IMG/VR virus record: IMGVR_UViG_3300045119_000180
Location: 1 to 64,000 of that record
Length of the DNA: 64,000 bases
Source: a virus
Strand: one strand, 5' to 3'
Shown here one piece after another: positions 17,548 through 27,707 of this stretch; the first letter of the stretch is position 1, and each line of letters begins with the position of its first letter. The notes beneath the pieces are model-generated. The model had not been told where the DNA came from and ran no database searches. It saw only the letters and a program-made list of their open reading frames with translations. A program made the position numbers and the translations under genes.

Positions 17548-19653
17548 TTATCCGACGGTAGTGCTGCCAAAGCCGGTATTGCCCGGTTGGCCTTCCACCT
17601 CTTCAGAAGTCAGTGCGTGCTCCGTTACTTGACGGAGAACTTCGGCGCCAGCCTTGCCTAGTTGTTTCTGGTCTTCCAGTTTCGCTTCCTGCTGGAACTT
17701 AGCTAACTGTTGCTGTTGTGCCGATTGAGCTTGTTGTTGTGCCAAAGCCGCAGGACTATTAGCTTGACGTCTAGCCATTTGTTCTGGCGTCATCTTGACC
17801 AAAAATGGCTGTGCATACTTCCAGCCGGCTAGATCACTAAGGTTCTTAAACAAAGCCGTAGCGTCCCAGTTGTATCCTGCCTCGTTGATGTTCTCGGTAA
17901 ATGTAGGATTGTTGATAAGCTGGATAGCCAAAGGAAGGAACTGCGTCATCTCTTTCTTTGGGCCGAGATGGGCACCAGCTAACACTTCATATTCGATCTT
18001 GGCGTTACGGAAATCGACGTGATCAACTTCAGCGATCTCGCCTAACTCTTCGCCAAGTGTGTTACGAAGAACTGACGTCGGAAGCATCTGGTTATTTAAT
18101 TCATCCATAATGTACAACCAAGGTTCAAAAATCTGGCGGATGAATCGACCGTCCGGACCGTCTAGACGGCTAGCATTAGCTTGGACTACAGCGGCTGCGC
18201 CTGTACCTGAACGCATACCAGTTGTACGTACACCAGGACTACCAGCGCCTTGAATTACTTGTTCGTTAGCGCCAGACGTTGCTGCAGCAGCTGATTGAGC
18301 CTGCTGGATAAACTGCCACGCCTCACCAGGGACTGGGGGCATAGTAAGAAACTTAAAAGCCTTGTCGACATCTTCGTCGACATCAATAATGCCGCCTTGC
18401 TTCCATCTGATCTGTTGCGTAGGCGCGTTAAAGCCCTTCTTACGAACTGCCGTGGGCTGAAGACCATAAGCCAGAAGGTCCAAAGCAAGGTTGGTAACAC
18501 CCTGCTCAACCATCTGCTCAGCGCCAATAAGGATGCCGAGGCCCTGGCCATAGAAACAGTCGGGGATATTACGCCAGTTAAAGGATAGGAAAGGAATCCT
18601 ACCGTACGGATTCTGCTCGTTACGGATAAGAATGTTATGCCCGTTGAAGTGCAGCATAACGATAACTCTGTCGCCGTCCCACCGTTCTAATAGCTCCAAC
18701 GGAGCCTTCATCGGGTCGGCGGTGTTCTTATAGCTCCGCGGGATAGCGTGCTGCAAATAACCGCGCATCCCTTCCGGGATGGTCAATGTAATATTGTCAA
18801 CGCCAGTCGTGGGCTTCGAAGCGAACAGAGCCTTCAGTACAGTCTCTTCTGGAATGTCATAGCCTTCGAAACCACGTAGCTTGTCCAGATCCGAATATGT
18901 CGCGAAGTCTCTATAAATAACCCAACTTGCTCGCCGAATATCGCCGTAGCGACAGCCCGGATCAACCAAGACAGTCCGCAAATCGCAGTATTTAATCCAC
19001 GGGCGACTAACCAACTTGTCTTTATAAATAATTTCAACAGCATCGGAGTCCGGCGTATCAATCTTGCTGGTTCCGACAGGAGTGTCCAACGACATCTTGC
19101 CGGCCTTGCGCTTATAAACCTTTTCCTTTTTAGTAAATTCGGTATAACCCCACTTCATAACGCCCGTACCGAGAAGGGCTCCCTGCTCAAGCGTTCGCTC
19201 AGATTCTTCTTCGAACTTCATGTCATAAAGCTGAGCGGCGAACAGAGCTGTCTTGGCGCGGGTTACATCTGTCGAGGTACCTGGCCGGGGGCGGAGAAGG
19301 AAAGGAGGGTCTTCATAAAAAATTCCCCCCATCAATTTTGGGACGATAGAACTGATGTGATTACTTACGAGGAACTTTGGTACGTTAGCCTGTGCTACGT
19401 TACCGCCATCAAATGCAGAGATGCCTGCGGGACTTTGGTAAAGCGTATCCGCGAGGGTCCACCCGGCCGACCACTGCGCCACGTTAATAAAATTGTCTGC
19501 TAATTGCGCATCATCAATAACTAACTTAACGGCAGCACGGTCATCAAATTCATAGATACCGGTCTCTGGGTCATCCGTTATATTATCTTCTGTAATCTCA
19601 TCCGCAGGAAGAATCTCTAATTCCGCTAACTTCTTTTCGTCTGATTCACTCAC
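17548..19653 (-). CDS. Portal protein (P22/podovirus-like)
   Basis: 701 aa; NPYGRIPF...PDCFYGQGLG motif, Gln-rich C-terminal barrel region, located downstream of terminase. Confidence 0.85.
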   Translation of the reverse strand: MSESDEKKLAELEILPADEITEDNITDDPETGIYEFDDRAAVKLVIDDAQLADNFINVAQWSAGWTLADTLYQSPAGISAFDGGNVAQANVPKFLVSNHISSIVPKLMGGIFYEDPPFLLRPRPGTSTDVTRAKTALFAAQLYDMKFEEESERTLEQGALLGTGVMKWGYTEFTKKEKVYKRKAGKMSLDTPVGTSKIDTPDSDAVEIIYKDKLVSRPWIKYCDLRTVLVDPGCRYGDIRRASWVIYRDFATYSDLDKLRGFEGYDIPEETVLKALFASKPTTGVDNITLTIPEGMRGYLQHAIPRSYKNTADPMKAPLELLERWDGDRVIVMLHFNGHNILIRNEQNPYGRIPFLSFNWRNIPDCFYGQGLGILIGAEQMVEQGVTNLALDLLAYGLQPTAVRKKGFNAPTQQIRWKQGGIIDVDEDVDKAFKFLTMPPVPGEAWQFIQQAQSAAAATSGANEQVIQGAGSPGVRTTGMRSGTGAAAVVQANASRLDGPDGRFIRQIFEPWLYIMDELNNQMLPTSVLRNTLGEELGEIAEVDHVDFRNAKIEYEVLAGAHLGPKKEMTQFLPLAIQLINNPTFTENINEAGYNWDATALFKNLSDLAGWKYAQPFLVKMTPEQMARRQANSPAALAQQQAQSAQQQQLAKFQQEAKLEDQKQLGKAGAEVLRQVTEHALTSEEVEGQPGNTGFGSTTVG

Positions 19654-20272
19654 CTAAACCTTCTTGACTGGCGGCTTTAATCTTACGAAGAACCCAAGAA
19701 TCCCTCATTCTCTGAAGAGACTCTTCGGTATGTTTTCTACCTAAATTACCTTTTCTTATTCTTTCTATGACGTCTTTAGGACGTGGACGACCAAGCAGTT
19801 TTTCAGATATCTTTCTTTTTGCTTCTTCTGATACCGGAATTCCTATATGACTCAAAGACAATTTCAACAGAGTCTCAGGAGAACAAACGTGCTTACCTTT
19901 ATTACCTTCAGAGAGCTTCTTTCTTTTCTCTTCTGAACAAGGTCGGCCTTTGTGGATCTCCGACATCCTCTTTAAAGTTTCTTCTGTGTGAGAAAAAACC
20001 AACCCACCAGTCGTTAAATTGTATCCGTTAGGAGTAAGCGTGCCGTACTCAACAATATATTTTTTCTCGAGTTCGTTTGCTTGATCTCGACTGTCCACTT
20101 CACAGATAGCTTCTATAGTAAAATTAAGATACCCATACTTATCTATGGCGTGCTTAAGAGCACGACAATTTGAATGGTATCTATGATTCTTCCACCGTCT
20201 CTTAAGTGAAAACTTCGTTTGACCAACATACCGCTTACCATTAATAGTATTCGTGATCAAATAAACAAACAT
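19646..20272 (-). CDS. Free-standing GIY-YIG endonuclease with NUMOD3 repeats
   Basis: VYLITNTINGKRYVGQT, PNGYNL, and repeated HTEETLKRMS-type motifs. Confidence 0.92.
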   Translation of the reverse strand: MFVYLITNTINGKRYVGQTKFSLKRRWKNHRYHSNCRALKHAIDKYGYLNFTIEAICEVDSRDQANELEKKYIVEYGTLTPNGYNLTTGGLVFSHTEETLKRMSEIHKGRPCSEEKRKKLSEGNKGKHVCSPETLLKLSLSHIGIPVSEEAKRKISEKLLGRPRPKDVIERIRKGNLGRKHTEESLQRMRDSWVLRKIKAASQEGLGE

Positions 20273-20277
20273 ATATC

Positions 20278-20335
20278 CTCTCTGCTAAGAGTCGCTCGGG
20301 GATGTAGCAGCACCCCCGAGCTATGTAGCTACAAA
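20278..20335 (-). promoter_or_regulatory. Kissing-loop SD-sequestering leader, copy 2 (before GIY-YIG)
   Basis: GCTCGGGGGTG-CTGCTA-CATCCCCGAGC GA CTCT-TAGCAG-AGAG, then ATG. Confidence 0.8.
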
Positions 20336-20341
20336 ATTTAA

Positions 20342-22342
20342 TTAGATGTGTAGGCCATTCCCGCCGAAAATTTTATTTCTCGGGTCCTGCGGTTTTATTT
20401 CTACTGTCGCTGGCTGTATAACCTGATCACCGCCGAAAATTCGTTCGTACTGTTGCTTCATTTCAGCATTCTTTTTAGCTTCGTGAAGCATCTTCTTTAC
20501 CGCTTCGGTCTCTCTGTCGTCTTCGTCTTTATGGCTAGTCGGCATAAATACAGCCGCAATAGACAAAGCATCAGGAATATCATCTTTACGACCACGGTTC
20601 TTCTTCTCGCCGGTATAGTTACAGAACTGCGCCATCAGCTGGTCAATCCATTCGCCAGCTACGAAATACAACTGGTCGTTATTAAGAAGCGTTTCCAGGC
20701 CTTTAATCCGGTTGCACTTGGCATCAGGGCTTGAAGGCGGACTCTTCCAGAAGGCATTAAATGACACACCTTGGATCAATGCCTGGCGCTGAACTTCACG
20801 CTGAAGCAATTCAAAGCCACTAAGCTTTTCAATAATTGTTGATTTAGGATTCCACTTTTTGTTTAGTGCCACTATTTGAAAAGCTAGTTCCGATTGTTTA
20901 AACCGGTCGCATTTAATCTCTAAGTTATAAAGACAGTATTTATCTTTAACTGGGTCGTGACAAATCTTAACGACAGCGCCGGCTGAATAGTCTGAATACC
21001 GGTTATCGGTAAGCGCCGTATCCCACGTAATAAAGATGTCACCGTCTTTCGGAACAGCTGGCATCTGCAACAGATGTGCCCGCAATTGGTCGTCACTAAA
21101 CGACACCAGCGGCCGGGTATCAATGTCGCCGACCGGCTCATTAAGCTGCTGGCAACGGAATTCAATTTCGTTCTTGATGAGCTTCTTACGTAATTCTTTA
21201 AATGTCTGCTCTGCTGTGCCTAGCTTCTCAGGGAAGAGAAGATCAACCATCTCGAGCGTCAGTCCTTTAAGCGGGACTTCTTTATATTGCGGCTTAACCG
21301 TCCAGCACGATCGCTGGAAGACGGCGCATTCAGCGCCTTCTGCAATAGCCCTAATACGAGTACCGTACCAATCATCGTCAGCATAACGAGTGCCAATATT
21401 GTCAGCGAATCCCCATTCGTCACGAAGATTGTCGACGTTATCATATTTCGTCTTTAGCTTGGCCCTGGCTTCCGGATGTGCCGAGTTCCTATCCGAAACA
21501 ACGTCGTCGCCCTTCAGAATGTCGCAGTGCAACGACGCTAGAGTAGACGTAACTGAATTGACCCACAACGTAGCAAACTTCTCGTTAGGGAACTTTCTAG
21601 CCGGACATTTAAGGTCCGACAAGCTAGTTCCGTCCTGACCAGTGACGATATACTCAGGGAACAAAAGCTGAAAATCGGTCAATTCTGCGTGCTCAGGCCG
21701 GTAAAAATAGCCTTTGATTTCCGTAAGAAATAGATCGGCGTTCGAATCTTTACCTGTAACGATAAAGATTCGGATGTCCGGCATATTAAGCATCCACTGA
21801 ACGCAATCAATGCCGTCAATCGTTGACTTATACGCGCCTCGAGGATCTAAGAGGATCCGCTCTTTCATCTCATCCTGGCGGTTAATGGCATCACGCATTT
21901 GCTTAAGCGTCGTATCTTTCGAATAGACGCCATCAAAGTTCTTATGAACAAAGAAGTCGCAAACAGGCTGATGCACCCGTGGGACCAAATCGCGGTGCAG
22001 GACCTCTTTACCTAGCCAGAACAAATCCTTTCTAGCGCGGTCGCGAAGGCCTATCCAGCTTTCTGGGTCCGCCTGACTATCATCTTCTGGCCAACCGAAT
22101 ACTCGAGGACGGCCGAGAACGTTGTGACGCTCAGACACCTCAAACCAAATCTTTAACTTGTCTTTGCTAAGTAGTTCGGACCCGTACCGCTTTCCTTCGT
22201 TGCTTGCTAACGCTATTCTTTTTCCGCGGTTCTTTTCGTTCTCTTGCTGTTGCTCTTCCCTCTTCTGCTCCTGCTCCTTTAACTTCCGGTCCGCATGGTA
22301 CTGCTTCATATACGCGGACTTCTCTGCGCCTTGAAGAGGCAT
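20342..22342 (-). CDS. terL: Terminase large subunit
   Basis: Walker A-like LDPRGAYKST, Walker B DILKGDD, GTRY coupling motif, FRCQQLNEP, nuclease WDTA...DYSA and DDIPDALS. Confidence 0.88.
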   Translation of the reverse strand: MPLQGAEKSAYMKQYHADRKLKEQEQKREEQQQENEKNRGKRIALASNEGKRYGSELLSKDKLKIWFEVSERHNVLGRPRVFGWPEDDSQADPESWIGLRDRARKDLFWLGKEVLHRDLVPRVHQPVCDFFVHKNFDGVYSKDTTLKQMRDAINRQDEMKERILLDPRGAYKSTIDGIDCVQWMLNMPDIRIFIVTGKDSNADLFLTEIKGYFYRPEHAELTDFQLLFPEYIVTGQDGTSLSDLKCPARKFPNEKFATLWVNSVTSTLASLHCDILKGDDVVSDRNSAHPEARAKLKTKYDNVDNLRDEWGFADNIGTRYADDDWYGTRIRAIAEGAECAVFQRSCWTVKPQYKEVPLKGLTLEMVDLLFPEKLGTAEQTFKELRKKLIKNEIEFRCQQLNEPVGDIDTRPLVSFSDDQLRAHLLQMPAVPKDGDIFITWDTALTDNRYSDYSAGAVVKICHDPVKDKYCLYNLEIKCDRFKQSELAFQIVALNKKWNPKSTIIEKLSGFELLQREVQRQALIQGVSFNAFWKSPPSSPDAKCNRIKGLETLLNNDQLYFVAGEWIDQLMAQFCNYTGEKKNRGRKDDIPDALSIAAVFMPTSHKDEDDRETEAVKKMLHEAKKNAEMKQQYERIFGGDQVIQPATVEIKPQDPRNKIFGGNGLHI

Positions 22343-23327
22343 AACGCTCCACTATTGTATTTTTTAACCCTTTCAGCCGGGATATAATTGAATGTCTCTT
22401 TCTAATAACGATGACAGCCGCGAGAAGAACTATAAGAACGACTAGAATTTTGTATAGTAGTTGTAAGAAAATGACAAAAATCTGCTTAGCTAGACTGGGC
22501 GTTTCTGGTAATACTGGTGTTGCCGGCTCGTGGGGTAATTTACTTTTATCTTCTGGCTCAGGCTTAATGCCGGCTGAATCGTCGTCCATAAATTCAGCTA
22601 GATTCTTACCGGTTGGGATAACGATCGTCGGCATTTGAGTGCTCGTAACGATCATTTCAGCCAGTCCCACAATACGATGACTTTCGCTATCGACAATAGC
22701 TGACCCGCTAGCACCAGGGCCGACACCAACAGAAACAAGGTAACGATTGCGCAAACCGTCGCCATAAAGCTTTTCACTGACGACTTTGCCATCAAGGTAT
22801 TCCTTGCCAAGCCCCTCGCTAAAGTTGACGTTAAGAACCGGCGTACCCAACGCAGGGATATCCTGGTCCGGCTTATTCAAATCGATATAAGGATATTCTT
22901 TAAGGCTTGAAAAACGAATAATCGCGTAATCGTACTTATCGCTATTGTCGGCTTTAACGATCTTGACATGCCGTAGTACCGGCGCGTCCTCGACGTTATC
23001 GGCTACGTAATAGTCGTTTTCGTACTTCCAGTCGATACAATGGCCTGCGGTTAGAGCGATATAATCGCCTTCTTGGCCATCTATAATCGTCGCTGTACAA
23101 ACGAACCGGTGCTTAAACTCGCATGTCCAGAAAAGCAAGTCTCCGAAAAAGGTTTCAGTTTTTTTGTAATCGCAGACTTGCTTACCTAGATAAAGAGCTT
23201 GTGTGGCTTTGCCTAACTTCTGTTGGAAGGATTCCTGCTGTACTTGCTCAACCTGAATAGGCCCTATATTGATTTCTTGACCGAATAGGGATGTAGCAAA
23301 CAATAAGAGCAAGGCTGGAAGACGCAT
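22167..23327 (-). CDS. Secreted, membrane-anchored trypsin-like (S1) serine protease
   Basis: Signal peptide, LTAGHC (His), DYAII (Asp), GPGASGS (Ser), C-terminal transmembrane helix. The last ~58 codons overlap terL. Confidence 0.85.
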   Translation of the reverse strand: MRLPALLLLFATSLFGQEINIGPIQVEQVQQESFQQKLGKATQALYLGKQVCDYKKTETFFGDLLFWTCEFKHRFVCTATIIDGQEGDYIALTAGHCIDWKYENDYYVADNVEDAPVLRHVKIVKADNSDKYDYAIIRFSSLKEYPYIDLNKPDQDIPALGTPVLNVNFSEGLGKEYLDGKVVSEKLYGDGLRNRYLVSVGVGPGASGSAIVDSESHRIVGLAEMIVTSTQMPTIVIPTGKNLAEFMDDDSAGIKPEPEDKSKLPHEPATPVLPETPSLAKQIFVIFLQLLYKILVVLIVLLAAVIVIRKRHSIISRLKGLKNTIVERYASSRRREVRVYEAVPCGPEVKGAGAEEGRATARERKEPRKKNSVSKQRRKAVRVRTT

Positions 23328-23343
23328 TCGTCCCTCCGGGAAT

Positions 23344-23934
23344 TTACTTAGCTGCGGGAGCCGGAGTGACCTTTGCCGGGTGTGACTGGTCGTACAGTGT
23401 GACTACCTCTTTTGTAATGTCAATGCTAGGGGACGCGAATAGCAATTGACTCGACTGCGAAGACGAATCTAGAATGGCGGTATAGCCATTCGATTTGGCA
23501 TAAGCATCGATGACTTCTACAAGCCCTTTGCCAATCTTGACTACAACGTCGGTCTGGGCAGCCTTGATCTCTTCCTCGACATGCTTGTTCTTGTTGTCGA
23601 GAGTTTCAGTAAGATGCTTAAGATCTGCGGTCAAACCAGCTTTTTCTTTATCGGTTGTTTTAGCATCCGCAATCTTTGTCTTAAGGTCATTAACCTTTTT
23701 GTTCAGATCTTGAAGCTCGGTAATGACAGCACTGAACTGAGCTTGTAGATCCTTGCTGGCTTGCTGGCCTTCAGCCGTAGATACGATCGCCTGACGGAGG
23801 TCAACAGTCGCTACTCGAAAGACTGGAACTGATGCCGATGACGTATCAGCCGGCACTTTACCGATGTTCTGAACGCCTTGGCCATAAACTGATACTGCTA
23901 GAAACGATGCTACGATTAGTACATATGCCTTCAT
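23344..23934 (-). CDS. skp: OmpH/Skp periplasmic chaperone
   Basis: Signal peptide; VATVDLRQAIVSTAEGQQA, long coiled coil, YAKSNGYTAILD...LFASPSIDITKEVV. Confidence 0.88.
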   Translation of the reverse strand: MKAYVLIVASFLAVSVYGQGVQNIGKVPADTSSASVPVFRVATVDLRQAIVSTAEGQQASKDLQAQFSAVITELQDLNKKVNDLKTKIADAKTTDKEKAGLTADLKHLTETLDNKNKHVEEEIKAAQTDVVVKIGKGLVEVIDAYAKSNGYTAILDSSSQSSQLLFASPSIDITKEVVTLYDQSHPAKVTPAPAAK

Positions 23935-23974
23935 TGATTATCCTACCTTTTATTGGATTAAATACAGCTGGAAC

Positions 23975-24166
23975 TTAGTGACTAAAACCACCCATAGTGT
24001 GGGCGAAATTTGCCATGTGAGCGACGTGGCTGTTTGAAGAATGACGAGCCGCTTGCAGTTTAGCTTGCGGGATCGTCTCATTCTCCGGAACGCCTAGCGC
24101 CCTGTGCAATCCACCTTTACGAAGGTGGTGCATTGCGCGATAAAGACTGACGTTGTGAGCAGCCAT
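23975..24166 (-). CDS. Small basic His-rich phage protein
   Basis: KGGLHRALGVPENETIP motif, of a type seen in small proteins near phage terminases. Confidence 0.65.
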   Translation of the reverse strand: MAAHNVSLYRAMHHLRKGGLHRALGVPENETIPQAKLQAARHSSNSHVAHMANFAHTMGGFSH

Positions 24167-24618
24167 TACTGCCCCATCGGCAAGCCCGCCGGGGCTGCCA
24201 TTGGAGCCGGCACACCATGCTGGCCCATATCCGCGGCTGCTTCTCCGGGATTTGGTTGTCCCAGACTTTCCTGCAACTTGTCATGGACCCCGTCGAGGTC
24301 TCCGTGAGCAGACGACATAGTACCGCCGCCGTCCATATGATGCGTTACAGTGTGGCTACCATCGTGGTGGTGCTCAATGTGTGTATGCGAAATCTTGTGT
24401 TTCTTAGCCATAATCTCCTCAAACCTGTGGCACCATGCCGCGTCGGCTATGGGCATTCGAACACCTTCGCAACGGTTCGGAATTAAATCTGAACCTTTGA
24501 TGAAGTGTTCGCAATTTCTACACTGTTGACCGGGATGCGTACTGGGATTCTCATATCCAACGGTGTCGTGGTGATACTTTTCAGCTTCCGGCTTTTCTAG
24601 CTTTATGAACTGCTGCAT
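24166..24618 (-). CDS. HiPIP-like Cys4 domain fused in frame to a His-rich domain (possible internal start near 24412)
   Basis: GQQCRNCEHF...RC...AWC; strong GAGGAG SD before the internal MAKKHKISHTHIEHHH. Confidence 0.6.
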   Translation of the reverse strand: MQQFIKLEKPEAEKYHHDTVGYENPSTHPGQQCRNCEHFIKGSDLIPNRCEGVRMPIADAAWCHRFEEIMAKKHKISHTHIEHHHDGSHTVTHHMDGGGTMSSAHGDLDGVHDKLQESLGQPNPGEAAADMGQHGVPAPMAAPAGLPMGQ

Positions 24619-24760
24619 AATCGTTATTACCGTTCGCTGCTCGCTTCTCACTTAACATGATCGCGATGGCCTGGGCTCTGCTATGAACCTTAGGGCCTTC
24701 TTTACTACCAGAGTGCAACTCGTGGTGCTTGAACTTATGAAGAACCTGATCGTACGGCAT
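24581..24760 (-). CDS. DUF6496-like small basic protein, 59 aa, not in ORF track
   Basis: MPYDQVLHKFKHHELHSGSKEGPKVHSRAQAIAIMLSEKRAA. Confidence 0.7.
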   Translation of the reverse strand: MPYDQVLHKFKHHELHSGSKEGPKVHSRAQAIAIMLSEKRAANGNNDYAAVHKARKAGS

Positions 24761-25053
24761 TACTCCACCTTGATAGATATCGTTTTTTCTTTCGTCGGCA
24801 TTTGCGACATCCGGTCAGACAATTTCACTATCTCACTTTCTAAATGCGGCAGGTGATTAGTCAGCAAAGTCGCCATGTTGGTTTCTGTAACCGACATATG
24901 CTGCCTGACTTGAGCCATGAAGACTTTAGCGTCAACGAAAAAGTCGATTGCCGGTTTGGCCCATAACCCAATTTTAAATATCCCGAACAACAGGGCAGCT
25001 ACAAAACAGATGTCCCGCGCAACACTTACCGCTTGTCCTATCGTTACTTCCAC
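24760..25053 (-). CDS. Small membrane protein with coiled coil (holin-like candidate)
   Basis: One transmembrane segment followed by a heptad-pattern region. Confidence 0.55.
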   Translation of the reverse strand: MEVTIGQAVSVARDICFVAALLFGIFKIGLWAKPAIDFFVDAKVFMAQVRQHMSVTETNMATLLTNHLPHLESEIVKLSDRMSQMPTKEKTISIKVE

Positions 25054-25217
25054 TGGGCCTCGTTAGTACGATAAATTGGGACATTCGGTATTCGCGATTC
25101 GCGAATAGCGAATATGAAAATTTGTATCGACTGTAACGATACTGTTTGGAATTTCACCGTTCTTAAACGGGGGCTGTAACTAGAGTGTACGAGCCGCCTA
25201 GCGTCTTAAGGTTAAAG

Positions 25218-25799
25218 TTAATTGCTCAACGTAAATTGATACAACGAAGCCGAGTTGGCTGCGCCGGTAACCGAGAAGGTCACGCGAACGGCCAAAGCAA
25301 ACGGCACATCCTGGGCAAAAGAAACGCCAGTCAGGTTGTTGGTCAGCACGGTCGGAGGAGTGTTCTTCAACGCGCCGTTCATAATCGCCGTATAGTTTCC
25401 AGACACAAGACCGGAAATGTTATCGCCGAAGATAGCAGCGCTAATTTTGAAAGAATCGCTCGCCACGCCGATACCGGACGAAGACACCGAACCAGTCGTA
25501 GCAATAATCGTATACGTCGGGGAAGCCGCCGTCGGGTTCTTCGTCGCCACTAGTTCGACCAGAACGGTCGGAGAAGAAGCATCTGTCGGATCCAAAGTAT
25601 AGCTGCCCACAACAGTAACTGTCAGAGCCTGACCGTTACAAGCGTTGTTTCCGGGGACCTTGACATAACCAACCGCTGTCGAGTTGACGCCGATAGACGC
25701 GCCGGGTACTGCAGGGAAGTATTTTGAAGTTGTGCCCGTGCCGCCTACAGTAACTGGGGAAGCACCATTAATAAGTAAATTGGCTATCGTTTCTGCCAT
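25218..25799 (-). CDS. Beta-rich putative virion structural protein
   Basis: 193 aa, T/S/G/A/V-rich, AAGGA SD. Confidence 0.65.
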   Translation of the reverse strand: MAETIANLLINGASPVTVGGTGTTSKYFPAVPGASIGVNSTAVGYVKVPGNNACNGQALTVTVVGSYTLDPTDASSPTVLVELVATKNPTAASPTYTIIATTGSVSSSGIGVASDSFKISAAIFGDNISGLVSGNYTAIMNGALKNTPPTVLTNNLTGVSFAQDVPFALAVRVTFSVTGAANSASLYQFTLSN

Positions 25800-25890
25800 T
25801 TTGTTCCTTTTTTAGTGTACATGCACCGATTGACAAGTTCTCTGCCGGACGCATGCTTTTATGAAGGACACAGATTTATTCTGCGCCATT

Positions 25891-26487
25891 CTAACGAGTT
25901 TCGATTTTGATCGAGCTATCTCCCTCGTGCTTCTGCAAGTACCGAATGGCGCTTGCAAGAATCTCTTCTTTCTCCCGGGCATAACCCAAGAGAGAATTAC
26001 ATTTAACACACAACAAATCTCTATTCTTACCAGTCGTGTGATTATGATCTATATGCGGTCTTTCGCTTTTAAGAACAGCATCCCAAGATAAAAGCAACCC
26101 ACAAATAGTACAAAGACTATTCTGTGCTTCTAATTTGGCTTTAAGCTCTTCAGGAGATATCTTATACTTATAAGACTTAGTTCTAAATCTCCAAAGCTCC
26201 CCTGTTCTAGATTTTCGTTTTTTGTCTCTTTCTTCTCTAGGAGTAGCCTGGTATCTAGCTTTCTGATACTCCCTAGCATACTCTCTAGCTCTATCTATGT
26301 TCTTCTTTCTATACTCGCCTTGCTTCTTGTATATAGAGCTTTTATTTTCTTGATAATATTTAGAAAGTCTTTCTTTATTACAAGGTCTACAATATCCACA
26401 CTTACCGGACTTAACGACACTAATCGGACAATTCTCTTCCGTTAAAGTCGTCTTGCATATATGACACAAACCTAAACCAATACTCAT
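25891..26487 (-). CDS. Free-standing endonuclease VII-family homing endonuclease
   Basis: CTIC...HIDHNHTTGKNRDLLCVKCNSLLG. Confidence 0.88.
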   Translation of the reverse strand: MSIGLGLCHICKTTLTEENCPISVVKSGKCGYCRPCNKERLSKYYQENKSSIYKKQGEYRKKNIDRAREYAREYQKARYQATPREERDKKRKSRTGELWRFRTKSYKYKISPEELKAKLEAQNSLCTICGLLLSWDAVLKSERPHIDHNHTTGKNRDLLCVKCNSLLGYAREKEEILASAIRYLQKHEGDSSIKIETR

Positions 26488-26492
26488 TTTAT

Positions 26493-26552
26493 CTCTCCAC
26501 TATAGAGTCGACCGGGGGTGATAGTGGCACCCCCGATCTATGTAGCTACAAA
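26493..26552 (-). promoter_or_regulatory. Kissing-loop SD-sequestering leader, copy 3 (before EndoVII 26487)
   Basis: GATCGGGGGTG-CCACTAT-CACCCCCGGTC GA CTCT-ATAGTGG-AGAG; shares upstream TTTGTAGCTACATAG with copy 2. Confidence 0.8.
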
Positions 26553-26837
26553 CTTTTAAATTGCTTTGTCGTTATCGTCGCTGGAGTATTTCCGGACGTC
26601 TCTGGCGTTATCGCCGATCTGGGCTGCTTTGCATTTCTTAACGCAGCTAGTATCTTCCGTCGCCTGTCGAACTGATTCAGACTTTGGCAACGAACCTTTT
26701 CGAAGTGTTTCTGTTTCGCTGTTAGACTTCACATTATCTCCATGTCCATCCGCAAGGACAGACCACAACATCCGTGGGATTCTTTTTCTCTAACGGATGC
26801 TTGCAGATGGCGCATAATCGGCGCCACGTATAAATCC

Positions 26838-27188
26838 TTAGTGATTCACGCCGAGGTAATCAAGGTAGTACACAACATTACCACCGATCGCCTTGACCTG
26901 AATAATATCGTTTTGTTCGAAGTTGGTAAAAGCTGACGCGAACATCTGAGCCGTGGTAGCAGAACTTGTAAGATTCGTTTCAAACTGGCCGATCCGAGTA
27001 TTTCCCGTAGTAGCCGCACTAGCTGGCCGGTGGACAACGCCAAGATAATCAACATTGAGAAGCACAGATCCGCTATTGACAATCTGGATCAAATCTAAGT
27101 TCTGGGCCGGACCGCCAACCTGGGGCCACGCAACCGCCAATGTACTGCCAAGGTTGATCGTGTACATCGCGTAAGTCGTCGCTGCCAT
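26838..27188 (-). CDS. Hypothetical protein with an internal duplicated motif
   Basis: NLDLIQIV...VDYLGV recurs as NDIIQV...LDYLGV; GGAG SD. Confidence 0.7.
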   Translation of the reverse strand: MAATTYAMYTINLGSTLAVAWPQVGGPAQNLDLIQIVNSGSVLLNVDYLGVVHRPASAATTGNTRIGQFETNLTSSATTAQMFASAFTNFEQNDIIQVKAIGGNVVYYLDYLGVNH

Positions 27189-27285
27189 TCAATTCTCTCC
27201 TACAATCTTGTCGTATCGGCTCCTAGAAGGAGGCCAGAAGATAATTCTTAATATCGCGAAGAAACAACCAGGAACTAAAAGCAGT

Positions 27286-27498
27286 TTAGGACTTAGTGCT
27301 ACTAGTCGTAGTAGTTGTAACAACTTTATCCTCAAAAGCCTTAACTATGGGCTCGGCTAGAAGAGAATTAATGACTTTATAAAAATACTCGTAAGCATTA
27401 AATGGAACGCCCGGCTTGGGAAGCTGACGAGCCATTGTCAAAACGATGTATCCGCCAATAGTAAGAGCAAAATAGTGCGCCTGAACGAAAGCCGGCAT
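27286..27498 (-). CDS. Small membrane protein (holin-like candidate)
   Basis: Hydrophobic N-terminal segment followed by LPKP...YEYFY; start could also be 27504. Confidence 0.5.
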   Translation of the reverse strand: MPAFVQAHYFALTIGGYIVLTMARQLPKPGVPFNAYEYFYKVINSLLAEPIVKAFEDKVVTTTTTSSTKS

Positions 27499-27509
27499 AA
27501 TCATTAAAC

Positions 27510-27707
27510 CTACTTGCTATCCAACCATTTGATATATGTCGGATCGTTGTATCGGATAGCGAAATGAACAAATAGCCAACAAAGTACGGGAATTGTGATC
27601 CATGCTGGTATGTACTTAACAACCAACTGGGTCAACATCAATTTTCCCGTCAGCCAGCTATAAGCTTCGTAGCCTGTACAAACAAGAAAAATGATAAGCC
27701 AAGGCAT
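27510..27707 (-). CDS. Small two-transmembrane protein
   Basis: Two hydrophobic segments, ending WLFVHF. Confidence 0.55.
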   Translation of the reverse strand: MPWLIIFLVCTGYEAYSWLTGKLMLTQLVVKYIPAWITIPVLCWLFVHFAIRYNDPTYIKWLDSK

